Assembly (NCBI GenBank): GCA_963717505.1
Contig: OY970342.1
Location: forward strand, 3,808,001-3,872,000
Source: Candidatus Eiseniibacteriota bacterium
Lineage (GTDB): Bacteria; Eisenbacteria; RBG-16-71-46
Length of the DNA stretch: 64,000 bases
Reading direction: 5' to 3'
Of the stretch, positions 25,221 to 35,561 are shown in pieces (the stretch's first letter is position 1; each line of letters starts with the position of its first letter). The position numbers and the translations under genes were made by a program. The notes under the pieces were generated by a model. The model had not been told where the DNA came from and ran no database searches. It was given only the letters and a program-made list of their open reading frames with translations.

Positions 25221-26051
25221 CTAGCCGGACCGGCGCCAGACCGTGTAGAAGAACTGCGCGAAGTAGTGGAGCATCGGCAACGCCGCGAGCCCGGCGTCGG
25301 CGCGATGCAGCGCGGGAAACACGCTGGCGTGATGCAGGGCTCGGAGGACGGGACCGGTGAGCGCGAGATTGGCGCCGGAGGTGGCCACCCGCTCGAGCCC
25401 GTGCGGCTCGAGCAATTTCAGAGCACGCGGGAACGGCCAGCTCAAGTGATCCCGCAAGACCGGATCGATCGGTCGATGCTTGAGGGCATGCACCAGCATC
25501 GCCCACGCATACGGAATCGACAGACGGTTGGGCAGGGTCACGACCGCAATCCCGCCCGGGGCCAGGGCACCGGCGAGGTTGGCCAGGACGCGGTCGGGGC
25601 GCGCCGTGTGCTCGATGACCTCGGTGCACAGGATCAGGTCGAAGCGCCCCGGGGCTTCGAACGTCTCGGCGTCGGCGACCTCGAAGCGACGCCGCGCGCC
25701 CGGCGTGTCGCGTGCGAAGTGGCGCCGGGCGCGCTCGACGTACTCGGGCTCGAGATCCACGCCCAGGACCTCCTCGAATCCGAGATCCGAGATCATCTTG
25801 GAGTAGTAGCCGGCATTGCACCCGAGATCGAGTGCCGCCCGCCGGCGCGAAAGCAATCCTCGGCGGGCCAGCGAGCCGACCAGCGCGTGGAAGCGGTTGA
25901 GGCGGCTGCGATGGAGCACCCGCGTCTCGGGGTCCGAGGCGTAATCGTAGAGAACGTCCAACGCCGACTGCAGGGGATCGTCGTCGCGACAACCCCAGGC
26001 CACCGTGTAGGGCGCGCTCAGCACGCTCGGGTCGACGTTCGGCGCCGTCAT
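25221..26051 (-). CDS. Class I SAM-dependent methyltransferase
   Basis: ALDLGCNAG motif I, FDLILCTEVIEH, LAPGGIAVVTLPN; ATG overlaps the upstream stop. Confidence 0.85.
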   Translation of the reverse strand: MTAPNVDPSVLSAPYTVAWGCRDDDPLQSALDVLYDYASDPETRVLHRSRLNRFHALVGSLARRGLLSRRRAALDLGCNAGYYSKMISDLGFEEVLGVDLEPEYVERARRHFARDTPGARRRFEVADAETFEAPGRFDLILCTEVIEHTARPDRVLANLAGALAPGGIAVVTLPNRLSIPYAWAMLVHALKHRPIDPVLRDHLSWPFPRALKLLEPHGLERVATSGANLALTGPVLRALHHASVFPALHRADAGLAALPMLHYFAQFFYTVWRRSG

Positions 26052-26773
26052 GCGCCGCGCCTGGCGACCAGCAGCAAATTCGACCGAGGGGTTCGCCCGA
26101 GGCCCGAACCCAGAACCAGGCGATCGATCCCCTGGAGCAGCCACGGCATACGGTTCAGGAAGCGGGCCGCCTTGAGGTCGCGATTGAGCAACACGTGAGT
26201 CGGCTCCAGCGATTCGATCCGTAGGCCTTGTTGCTCGAGCAGTTCGCGGTGACGGTCCAGCGGGCGAGTCCGGTTGTGCGCAGCCAGTCCGGCCGGGGGT
26301 GCAAACACGTCCGTGTAGACCAGGAGTCCCCCCGGCGCGACCGCACGGGCGGCGTGCACCACGGCCGCCTGCCATCTCACGTCGTCGGTGATGTGAAAGA
26401 ACACGTCGAAGATGTTCACCAGATCGAACGATTCGGCCAGGGGATGATCGGCGAGGTCCGCCCGCACGAAACGCGCTTGCGGAAAGCGACCCGACAATCC
26501 GGCCACCGATGCTTCCGTGAGGTCCATGCCGGTGACCTGGGCGCCGCGGCCCAGGTAGTACTCGACGAAGAAGCCGGTGCCGCAGCCGACGTCGAGCACT
26601 TTTCGGCCTCGAGGATCGAAGCCCGCGCGCGCCAGCGCGCGGTCCAGCACGAAGCGGCGCAGCGCGTAGCAGGCGCGGTTGTACTCGAGCGACAGCCCGG
26701 GCTCGCCGGTGCCGCGCAGATCGAATTGCTCGCGCAGGCGATCCTCCCAGAAGGTGCGCGGCTCGTAGTTCAT
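26048..26773 (-). CDS. Class I SAM-dependent methyltransferase
   Basis: MNYEPRTFWEDRL start, VLDVGCGTG, FDLVNIFDVFFHI, VAPGGLLV. Confidence 0.87.
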   Translation of the reverse strand: MNYEPRTFWEDRLREQFDLRGTGEPGLSLEYNRACYALRRFVLDRALARAGFDPRGRKVLDVGCGTGFFVEYYLGRGAQVTGMDLTEASVAGLSGRFPQARFVRADLADHPLAESFDLVNIFDVFFHITDDVRWQAAVVHAARAVAPGGLLVYTDVFAPPAGLAAHNRTRPLDRHRELLEQQGLRIESLEPTHVLLNRDLKAARFLNRMPWLLQGIDRLVLGSGLGRTPRSNLLLVARRGA

Positions 26774-27504
26774 GGCCGCGCCTTCGCGGTGCGGCGACGT
26801 GGGCCCGCCGGTCCCTGGGCGGCGCGACCCGGACCGGTACCGGGTTTCCGAATCGCGCGACGATAGAGCCCGTGGCGCTCGATGTAGCGTGCGACCGAGT
26901 CGGGCACCAGCATCCGAATCGAACGACCGGCCCTCGCCCGCGCGCGAACCAGGCTCGACGAGATCGCGACCTCGGGATTGTCCAGACGGATCGCGCCGCG
27001 GACACGCCCGCGCGCCCGCGCGCCGTGCGCGTTCGCCCGAGAGCCGCGGCGAGGCGCCGGCCGGCCGGCGACCACCACGGTCGCCAGTCGCGCGATCGCC
27101 TCGGGTTCCTTCCAGCTCGCGAAGTCGTCGAGGCTGTCCCCGCCCAGGATCAGGTACCAGCGCGCTCGCGGATGCTCGCGGCGAAGCAAACGCAGCGTGT
27201 CGATGGTGAACGAAGGGCCGCGTCGTCGAGTTTCCATGGTCGATACCGCGAACCCGGGTTGGCCGCGGGTGGCGAGTCGGGTCATGGCCAGCCGTGCCGC
27301 GGACGAGGAACGGCGCCGATCGAGTTTGTGCGGCGGCGTTCCCGCCGGAACGAAGATCACGCGATCGAGCCCGAGCCGGTCGCGCGCCCACTCCGCGATC
27401 GCGAGATGTCCGAGGTGCGGCGGGTCGAAGGTGCCACCGAAAACTCCGAACCGGGTCGCGCGCGGCCGCCGCGCCGCCGTCCGGGCGGGCGCGACCACGC
27501 TCAA
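26770..27504 (-). CDS. nadD: Nicotinate-nucleotide adenylyltransferase
   Basis: GVFGGTFDPPHLGH, PPHK, SFTIDTL, WKEPE, ISSSLVR, YIERHGLY. Start approximate. Confidence 0.93.
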   Translation of the reverse strand: MSVVAPARTAARRPRATRFGVFGGTFDPPHLGHLAIAEWARDRLGLDRVIFVPAGTPPHKLDRRRSSSAARLAMTRLATRGQPGFAVSTMETRRRGPSFTIDTLRLLRREHPRARWYLILGGDSLDDFASWKEPEAIARLATVVVAGRPAPRRGSRANAHGARARGRVRGAIRLDNPEVAISSSLVRARARAGRSIRMLVPDSVARYIERHGLYRRAIRKPGTGPGRAAQGPAGPRRRTAKARP

Positions 27505-28256
27505 TGCTCCAGCCGGGCGCGCTCGCGGGCCGCTTCGGCGGCCAGGGGATGCCCGGCGAACTCGGTCTCGATCGCGCGCAGCTGATCGATGGCCTGCTGC
27601 GTCCAGCCTCGCGCCGCGGTCAGTCGCGCGATCCCGATACGCGCGTCCCCGGCCTGCGGCGTGTCGCCGAACTCGTCGATCACCCGCCGATAGTAGATCT
27701 CGGCTGGTTCGTATTGCTTGAGCTTGGTGTAGAGCCGGGCGGTGTTCATGTACTTGGTCGCGAGCTGCATTTGGGTCTTCGCGACCCGCTCGGCCGCCCG
27801 GGCGTTCAACCAATGCCCCGGGTGGTCGGCCAGGTAGCGCAGCCATTGGTTCAGGGCGAGCCGCGTGAACTCCTGATCGAAGTCGGGTCCGCGCGTCTGG
27901 CCGAACAAAGCCTCCCCGAGCCCGTACGAGGCGGCCGCGCTCGAATCGCTCTCCGGATAGTCGCGCAGCAGGCGCTCGAACTCGAGCTGCGCCGCCGCCC
28001 AGCTCTTCATCCTCAGGTTCGCATCACCCAGCAGATAGATGGCTTCGTCGACCTGCGATCCGCCGGGGTTGTTGGTGACGTAAGACTGCAGCAGTTCGCT
28101 GGCGCGCATGTAGTCGCCCTCGGCGATCATCTGACGGGCAACGTCCAGCCGCTCCGACTCGCTGCGAATCGGCGGCATCACGCCCGCGCCACAGCCGGCG
28201 AGCGCCAGCACCATCAGGGCCGCTGCGGCCGTGCGCAGCCTGCGAGATCGAATCAT
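27501..28256 (-). CDS. bamD: Outer-membrane protein assembly lipoprotein BamD
   Basis: Lipobox LAGC, TPR repeats, FERLLRDYPES, DFDQEFT, ARLYTKLKQY..AEIYY. Confidence 0.85.
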   Translation of the reverse strand: MIRSRRLRTAAAALMVLALAGCGAGVMPPIRSESERLDVARQMIAEGDYMRASELLQSYVTNNPGGSQVDEAIYLLGDANLRMKSWAAAQLEFERLLRDYPESDSSAAASYGLGEALFGQTRGPDFDQEFTRLALNQWLRYLADHPGHWLNARAAERVAKTQMQLATKYMNTARLYTKLKQYEPAEIYYRRVIDEFGDTPQAGDARIGIARLTAARGWTQQAIDQLRAIETEFAGHPLAAEAARERARLEH

Positions 28257-28267
28257 GGGTTTCCGGA

Positions 28268-29041
28268 TCAGGGGCGGTTGGCGAAGAACAGCGCCACCAG
28301 GCCGGCGACGACCGCGATGACGATCACCGGCTCAGCGATCTTCGTGACCGTGCGATCGGGCACCACGCCCTGCAGATCGGTATAGCGACTGTCCTCGACC
28401 AGGGGGAGCTGGCTGCGCGGGAAACGCATCCACGAGGTTGTAGCTGGCATCCCCGGTCCACAGGATGCGCGCATCGACGGGATCGCGCAACGTGAGTCGC
28501 GCCCTCGACCAGGGCCTGACGCTCGATCTGCACCCGACCCGGCAGCCAGCCGCGGAAGCGCAGGTAGGTGATCCGCGCCGACGCCGAGCTGGTAGTCGAG
28601 GATCGGCTCCCCCGGATTGCCCATCACCAGTTCGAGGCTGTCGTCGGGAACGATCGAGCGCCGCACCGCCAGAGTCATCCGGCGACTGGCCAGCGCCTTG
28701 AGGATCGCGTGCTCGACGACGAAATTCAGAGGATGGCTCTCGGCGGGCGCAATCAGCAGCGCCTGGCCGCTGTCGAACGGCGCCGATTCCAGCGCGCGCT
28801 CGAACGCGGTGTTGGCGACCAGGCTCGTGAGCTGGAGGTTGGTCGCGGGCACTCGCGGCCCTCGGCTGCGGACGATCGGATCGACCACGACTTGCGCGAT
28901 CGACAGCACCGTGTCGGGTTCGGCTTCCGGGCCGCCTTCGTAGCGCACCTTCTTCGCCCCCGCCTCGGATGCCAGACCGAGCAGCGCGATCGCACCAGTG
29001 AAGACGACCACGGCGCCCTGGAGTCGCACCCGCCGGCTCAC
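28268..29041 (-). CDS. Hypothetical protein with signal peptide and C-terminal hydrophobic helix (internal frameshifts)
   Basis: Signal-like N-terminus; C-terminus EPVIVIAVVAGLVALFFANRP; lies between rimO and bamD. Confidence 0.65.
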   Translation of the reverse strand: MSRRVRLQGAVVVFTGAIALLGLASEAGAKKVRYEGGPEAEPDTVLSIAQVVVDPIVRSRGPRVPATNLQLTSLVANTAFERALESAPFDSGQALLIAPAESHPLNFVVEHAILKALASRRMTLAVRRSIVPDDSLELVMGNPGEPILDYQLGVGADHLPALPRLAAGSGADRASGPGRGRDSRCAIPSMRASCGPGMPATTSWMRFPRSQLPLVEDSRYTDLQGVVPDRTVTKIAEPVIVIAVVAGLVALFFANRP

Positions 29042-30486
29042 GACGCGGCTCCGAGCACGACCAGGCCTCGCCGCTCCGCCGTCTCGGCGCGCGCGAACAG
29101 GTCGTACGCTCCGGCCCCGGTGACGCGCACCGGAATCACCGAGCCCGGCGTCAGTTCATCTCCCTTCGACCACCACGCCGCCGTCCACTTCGTAGGCCTG
29201 GCCCGTGCTGCGCGCCGCCCACTGGCCACGCCCCGCGGGACCATCGATCATCACCTCCATCCGCTCTCCGATCCGGCGTGCCAGCCGGGCACGCGACAGT
29301 TGCTGCTGCAATGCGAGCAGTCGCGCCCGGCGCGAGCGCCGCACGGTCAGCGGCACCCGCGGCGTCATGGCGTGTGACGGCGTCTCCGGCTCGCGCTCGT
29401 AAGGAAACACGACCACGTGGTCGAACGACTCCTCCTCGACGTAGCGGCACAGCGTCGTCGAACTCGGCTTCGGTCTCGCCGGGAAATCCGACGATGAAGT
29501 TGGTGCGAAACGCGACTCCGGGAATGCCGGCCTTGATCCGCGTCACCAGCGCGCGGGTGTCGCGCTCCGATCATGCCGCGCGCCATCCGGCGCAACTGTT
29601 CCTGGGCGATGTGCTGGAGCGGCATGTCGACGTAGGGAACGATCCGTCGGGCGCGAGCCCAGGTCTCGATCAGCCGGTCGCTCCAGAGCCGCGGGTAGGT
29701 GTACTGGACCCGGATCCAGCGCAGGCCCGATCGACCTGGTCGAGCGCCACCAGCAGATCGGCCAGCGTCGGCGTCCCGGCGAGGTCGGTGCCGTAGCCGG
29801 TCGTGTCCTGCCCGATCAGGTTCAGCTCGCGCACGCCGGCCGCGGCCAGGCGTGTCGGCCTCGGCGACCAGATCGGCGATCGGCCGGCTCTTCTGGTCGC
29901 CGCGCAGGCGCGGGATGATGCAGAACGTGCAGCGATGGTCGCAGCCCTCGGAGATCTTGAGATAGGCGAGGTGGCGCGGCGTGGACAGCGCGCGCGGCGC
30001 CATCGGGATCGAGGGCCCCGCCCGGCGAATCCGTGCGCGCGTGGCGCTCGAGATCGCCGGCGAGCACGTGGCGCGCGGCGGTCACCACTTCGCGCCACTG
30101 CCCGGTGCCGAGCACCGCGTCGACTTCGGGGAACTCGTCGAGCAGACCGGCGCCGGCGCGCTGGGCCAGGCAACCGGTGACGATCAGCCCGCGCAGCCGG
30201 CCGGTCTGCTTGAGCTCGCGACCCGCGCGATCGTCGTCCTTGGACTCACGCACCGCGCTGCCGCAGGAAGGCACAGGTGTTGACCACCGCGACGTCGGCC
30301 TCGTCGAGGTCGCCGACGGTGCGGAACCCGTCGCGCACCAGCAGTCCGAGCATGTGCTCGGAGTCCACGGTGTTCTTGGGGCAACCGAGCGTGACGAACG
30401 CGAGCGCCGGCGGCTGGCGGTGCCGAGCGCGCCACGTGCCGGCGGCGCGGACGGCGCGACGTGGATGCGTGCGATCGCGCGGTCAC
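29038..30486 (-). CDS. rimO: Ribosomal protein S12 methylthiotransferase RimO (frameshifted)
   Basis: [40 protein letters not shown] (radical SAM), [17 protein letters not shown]-like AYEVDG. Start approximate. Confidence 0.9.
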
Positions 30487-32834
30487 GCTCCGTACCGATC
30501 CTCGAGCCAGCGCTCGTCGACCAGCACGTCGCGCGCCTTGCTGCCCTGGAACGGACCCGACCACCCCGATCTGCTCGAGCTGGTCCATCAGCCGTCCGGC
30601 GCGCGAGTAGCCGACCTTGAGCCGGCGCTGGAGCAGCGAGGTCGAGCCCTGCTGGTGCGAGACCACCAGTCGCGCCGCGTCGTGCGAGCAACGCGTCGTC
30701 GTCGCCGCCCTCCTCGGCGCCCTCGACCTCGTCGGCCTCGGACAGATCGGGACGCGTGGCCAGCGGCGGCGGGGTCGGCGACCGCACCCTCGGCCGAGCG
30801 GCACGGCGCGCAGCTTGGCCTTCCAGAAATCGACGACGCGCGCCGTCTCCTCTTCCGACACGTAGCAGCCGTGGATGCGATAGGGCTCCGGCTTGCCGGC
30901 GGGCGTGAACAGCATGTCGCCGTGGCCGAGCAGGTTCTCGGCGCCGTTCATGTCGAGCACCGTGCGCGAGTCGGTCTTGCTCGCGACCTGGAACGCGATC
31001 CGCGACGGGAAGTTGGCCTTGATCACGCCGGTGATCACGTCGACCGACGGGCGCTGCGTCGCGAGCACCAGATGGATGCCGACCGCACGCGCCATCTGCG
31101 CCAGACGCGCGATCGGCTCCTCGATCTCGGCGGGTGCGGTGAGCATCAGGTCGGCCAGCTCGTCGATGACGACGACCACGTAGGACAGCCGCTCGGGCGG
31201 CGGCGCGCCGTCGTCGGCCGGCGCCGGCACCTGGCCGGCCGCGACCTTGTCGTTGTACCCGGCGATGTTGCGAGCACCGCAGGTCGCCATCAGCTTGTAG
31301 CGCTTCTCCATCTCCGACACCGCCCAGCGCAGCGCGCGGCTCGCCTTCTTGGCCTCGGTGATCACCGGCATGACCAGGTGCGGAATGCCGTTGTAGGCCG
31401 ACAGCTCGAGCATCTTGGGATCGATCATCACCATGCGCAGCGTCTCGGGACCGTGCTGGAACAGGAGGCCGGTGATGATGGCGTTCAGGCACACGCTCTT
31501 GCCCGAACCGGTGGCGCCGGCGACCAGCACGTGCGGCATCTTGGTCAGGTCGTCGACGAAGGGCTGTCCGACGACGTCGACCCCGAGCGGCGATCTTGAG
31601 CGCGCGAGTCGTTGTCCTCGTAGGGCGCGGACGACAGCACCTCACGCAGATACACCGTACGGCGGCTGCCGGTTCGGGATCTCGACGCCGACCGCACCCT
31701 TGCCCGGGATCGGCGCCAGGATCCGGATGCGCTGGGCGCGCAGGGCCAGCGCGAGGTCGTCCTCGCGCGAGACGATCTGGTTGACCTTGACCCCGGCGGC
31801 CGGCTCGAACTCGAAGGTGGTGACCACCGGCCCCGGGTGGATCTCGGTCACGCGCCCATCGATGTCGAAGTCGGCGAGCTTGGCGACCAGCAGGTTCGCC
31901 TCGTTGGTCAGGTCGGCGGCGGTGATCAGATCTTCGGGCTGGGTGTTGAGGCCCAGGAGCCCGAGCGGCGGCAGGGCGTCGGTGGCCGCCGCGGCGACCG
32001 CCTCACTCGAACCGACGGGTTCGGGACGCGGCGCCGGCGCGCGCTTGGGTTTGGGTTCGGCGGCGCGCAGGCCCGGCAACGGCAGTCGAATCTGGTTGTG
32101 GCGATCGGTCTCGACCGGCTCGGGCACGCGGGTTTCGGATCGCCTCGACGCGGGCGCTTCGGCCGCCTCGGCGGTCGGCGAGCGACGCACCACCGGGGCC
32201 GTTGCGGGCTTGGCTTCGGTGGCGCGCGCCGAGGCGCGGGCGGCCTTCGACGCGCTCTGGGCCGATCGCTCCGGAACTCGAGCGGGCCGATTGCGCCACG
32301 CGTGCCACGCACGCGCCATCCACGAGACGACAGCACCGACGAAGCCCGCGATCCAATGGAATCCGACTTCGCTCGCGACCAGGACGGTCACGCCGAACAG
32401 GGCGCCGGCCACCACCCACGAGCCGACGTGGCTGAGCGCCGACTGGAGTGCCAGGCCGGTCGCCATTCCCCAGCCGCCGGACCAGGTCCAGCGATCCCAA
32501 CCCCCGAGCGCGAACCCGACGCACAGCTCGAACACCAGGAGCGAACCGATCAGCGTGCGAACGATCAGGCGCGAGGTCGGAGCGTCACGCAGTCGGTTCC
32601 AGGCCCAGGCGCCTGCCACCAATGGAATGCCGAAGGCGGCGAAACGTCCGACGGACCAGACCGCGACAAAGGCGAGCGCTGCCCCGACCGGGCCGCAGGC
32701 ATTGTCGGTGGACCATGGCGGCATGCCGCTGACCGGACGAACAAAGGTCACCAGGCTCGCCGCCATCAGGGCGGAGAACGCGCCAGCAGAACCGCAAGGA
32801 TCTGGCGTTGTCGGTTCTTCGAGAGAGAACTCAC
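30483..32834 (-). CDS. ftsK: DNA translocase FtsK/SpoIIIE (frameshifted)
   Basis: N-terminal TM region, PGPVVTTFE, RILAPIPGKGAVGVEIPN, PHVLVAGATGSGKS, LATQRPSVDVITG, gamma domain STSLLQRRLKVGYSRAGR. Confidence 0.94.
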
Positions 32835-33033
32835 GCGCCTTGGTGGGTGCCTTCCTGGACGGACCGGGCGAGGACCGGGCCGGGTCCGGTGAGGGCGCCG
32901 GCCGGCGCCATTTCGCTGTGCCCCTCCTCGGGGGGTCCCGCCTCCCTGGCGGGTGGACGGCCGGGTATTGTGCCCGAGGGGAGAGGTGCCGAGCAATGGG
33001 GCTCGGAGCGCGGACCCGCGCGCCGGGGACCGA

Positions 33034-34963
33034 CTAGCGGGAAGCGACTTCGCGGACCGGCCCGGTCGCCGCGTCGGCGGCCGGGACGTCATCCGGGGCA
33101 TCTACGATGCCGCGCTCCATCCAGGCGAAGCGCTCGTCGAGGACACCGCGCGCGAGCCGGTAGGCCTGGACGTCGTCATTGGCCCGGATGCCAGCGAACA
33201 GGTGCTCGATCTTCCGCCGCGACTGGCGGCAGAACAGGTCGGCCAGCTCGATCGCGTTCGCCGAGCGCCTGGCGCGCGTCGCGGTGCGCGCGCGACGCAG
33301 GTCGCGGCCATGGCGTACAGCTCGGCGCCGATGTCGACGCAGCGGAACAGCAACGCCTGGCGCTTCTCGAGCGCCGGACCGTGCAGCACCATCAGATGGA
33401 ACTGTTGCCGCGCCAGTCGCCGCGAGGTGCGCTCGACCCAGCGCAGGTGGTCGGCGAGCCGGCCGAACTCCGAGTACGGCGGCCAGCAGCGCCCAGCCGA
33501 GCCAGCGGCTCGGATACCAGCGCATATAGAAGAGGCCGGCGCGCACCAGCCCCGACAGGCGCTTGCCCATCGGCACGCCGGGCATCACCACGTCGCCGGC
33601 GACGCGCAGGTGGACGTCGAGCGCCTCGCGCGCGATGAACAGCCGCATGACCTGGTTGGTGCCTTCGAAGATCCGGTTGATGCGCAGGTCGCGCAGCAGC
33701 TGCTCGAGCGGCACCGGCGCCTCGCCGCGCGCCGCGAGCGAGCGCGCCGTCTCGTAGCCGCGCCCGCCGCGCACCTGCACCGCGTCGTCGCACACCTCCC
33801 AGGCGACGTCCGAGTTCCACAGCTTGGCGATCGCGGCTTCGAGCCGGATGTCGGACTTGCCGGCGATCGGCGAGCAGCGCTCCCAGGTCGGCGATCGCCT
33901 CCATCGCGTAGGTGCGGGCCGCCATGTCGGCGAGCATCTGCGCCACGGCGTCGTGCTGGCCGACCGGACGCCCCCACTGCACGCGCTCGGCGGCGAAACG
34001 CCGCGCGACCTGTAGGCACCACTTGCCGGCGGCGGCGCAGGTCGCCGGCAGCGTCAGCCGCCCGGTGTTGAGCGTCACGAGCGCCAGCTTGAGGCCGCGG
34101 CCCTCGCCACCGAGCAGGTTCTCCTTGGGCACGCGCACGTCGGTGAAGTGCACCACCGCGTTCTCGATGCCGCGGATGCCCATGAACTCACAGCGCTGCA
34201 CGATCTCGACGCCCGGAGTGCGGGTCTCGACGATGAACGCGCTGATCGGCCCGGGCTTGCCGTCCTTGCCCGGCGTGCGCGCCATCACCACCAGCAGCTC
34301 GGCGATCGCGCCGTTGGTGCACCACAGCTTCTCGCCGTTCAGCAGATACGCAGCGCCGTCGGCGGTCGGCGTGGCGGTGGTCGACATGCGCGCCGGATCG
34401 GAGCCGACGTCGTTCTCGGTCAGCGCGAAGGCCGAGATGGCGCCCTTGGCCAGGCGCGGCAGCAAGCGCTTCTTCTGCTCCTCGGTGCCGAACAGTTTGA
34501 GCGGCTGCGGCACGCCGATCGACTGGTGCGCCGAGAGCAGCGCCACCAGCGCACCGCACTTGGTGCCGATCATGGCCACCGCGCGCCCGTAGGTGTACTG
34601 CGACAGTCCGAGCCCGCCGTACTCGCGCGGAATCTTGATGCCGAAGGCGCCGATCGCGCGCAGGCGATCGATGTACTCGGCCGGGATCTTGGCGTCCTGC
34701 TCGATGCGCTCGCCGTCGATTTCGTCGAGCACGAAGCGCTCGACCTTGGCCATGAACTCCGCGGCCCGCCGCTGCTCCTCGGGATCGGGCTCCGGATGCG
34801 GATGGATGAGGTCGAGGGCCAGCCGGCCGAGGAACAACTCGCGCACGAACGAGGGTGCCGTCCACGTCGTCTCGCGCGAGGCCTCGGCGACGGCGCGAGC
34901 TTCCTGCTCGGTCACCTGGGGGTTTTTGGAAGGATTCATGGAAGGATTCATGGAAGGTTTCAT
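33034..34963 (-). CDS. Acyl-CoA dehydrogenase (ACAD9/FadE-like), frameshifted in the 3' third
   Basis: [59 protein letters not shown]. Confidence 0.92.
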
Positions 34964-34964
34964 G
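34927..34964 (-). repeat. Three tandem 12-bp repeats at the acyl-CoA dehydrogenase start
   Basis: TGGAAGGATTCA x2 plus TGGAAGGTTTCA, encoding [12 protein letters not shown]. Confidence 0.85.
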
Positions 34965-35072
34965 CTGGGGTTTTCGGCCACGATGGCCTCCGAGTCCAGC
35001 GCGGAGCGCATGCCGCGCGCACAGGCCATGGAGCATAAGCCGACACACGGCGGGCCGCCAATGCGGCGGAAC

Positions 35073-35471
35073 TCAACTCGTGCGCAACACGCTCAAGTAC
35101 GCACCCTCGCGCGCCATCGAGTCGGGTCGCAGGCCGAATCCACGCAGCGCGGTCAGGTTCTCCCCTCGCAGTCGCTCGAATCGGTCGAGAAGTTCGGGCA
35201 GCGGCGTGCCGCGGTATTCGCGCAGGTGGCGCCCGCGGTCGAACGGCTCGAAGGGACGCGAGACACCGTGCTCGAGGATCCGGCGCGCGCGCGGGATCCA
35301 GTCGGTCTCCTCACCCACGATCAGGTGTGCGACCACCTGGCGCGGCGACCAGGTGTCGGGCCCCTCGTCGACTTCCAGCCACGGATCGGGCAACCCGGAC
35401 AGCATGGCCCGCAGGGTGCCGGGGGTGCGCTCGAGCACCGCAAGTCCTTCTTCGAGTCTGAATGCGCTCAA
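35073..35471 (-). pseudogene. DinB/YfiT-family protein, apparently 3'-truncated
   Basis: LERTPGTLRAMLSGL..W...EGPDTWSPRQVVAHLIVGEETDWIPRAR...FEPFDR matches DinB_2-like proteins. The ORF stops before the expected C-terminal His-bearing helix. Confidence 0.6.
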
Positions 35472-35499
35472 TGGGCTAAATCCCCCGCGTTCGGCCCCT

Positions 35500-35511
35500 A
35501 CATTATAATGT
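35500..35511. promoter_or_regulatory. Palindromic bidirectional -10 element between divergent genes
   Basis: Perfect palindrome ACATTATAATGT giving TATAAT on both strands. Confidence 0.6.
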
Positions 35512-35561
35512 CCCACCTCACACGCCCACCGAACGGGGACGATCGACGACCCGGATTCCCG

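Noticed and set aside
22519-27846. Long N-terminal extensions on polA, the methyltransferases and nadD in the ORF track
   Set aside because: They are off-frame read-through of upstream genes in GC-rich DNA; the real starts coincide with domain starts and stop/start overlaps.
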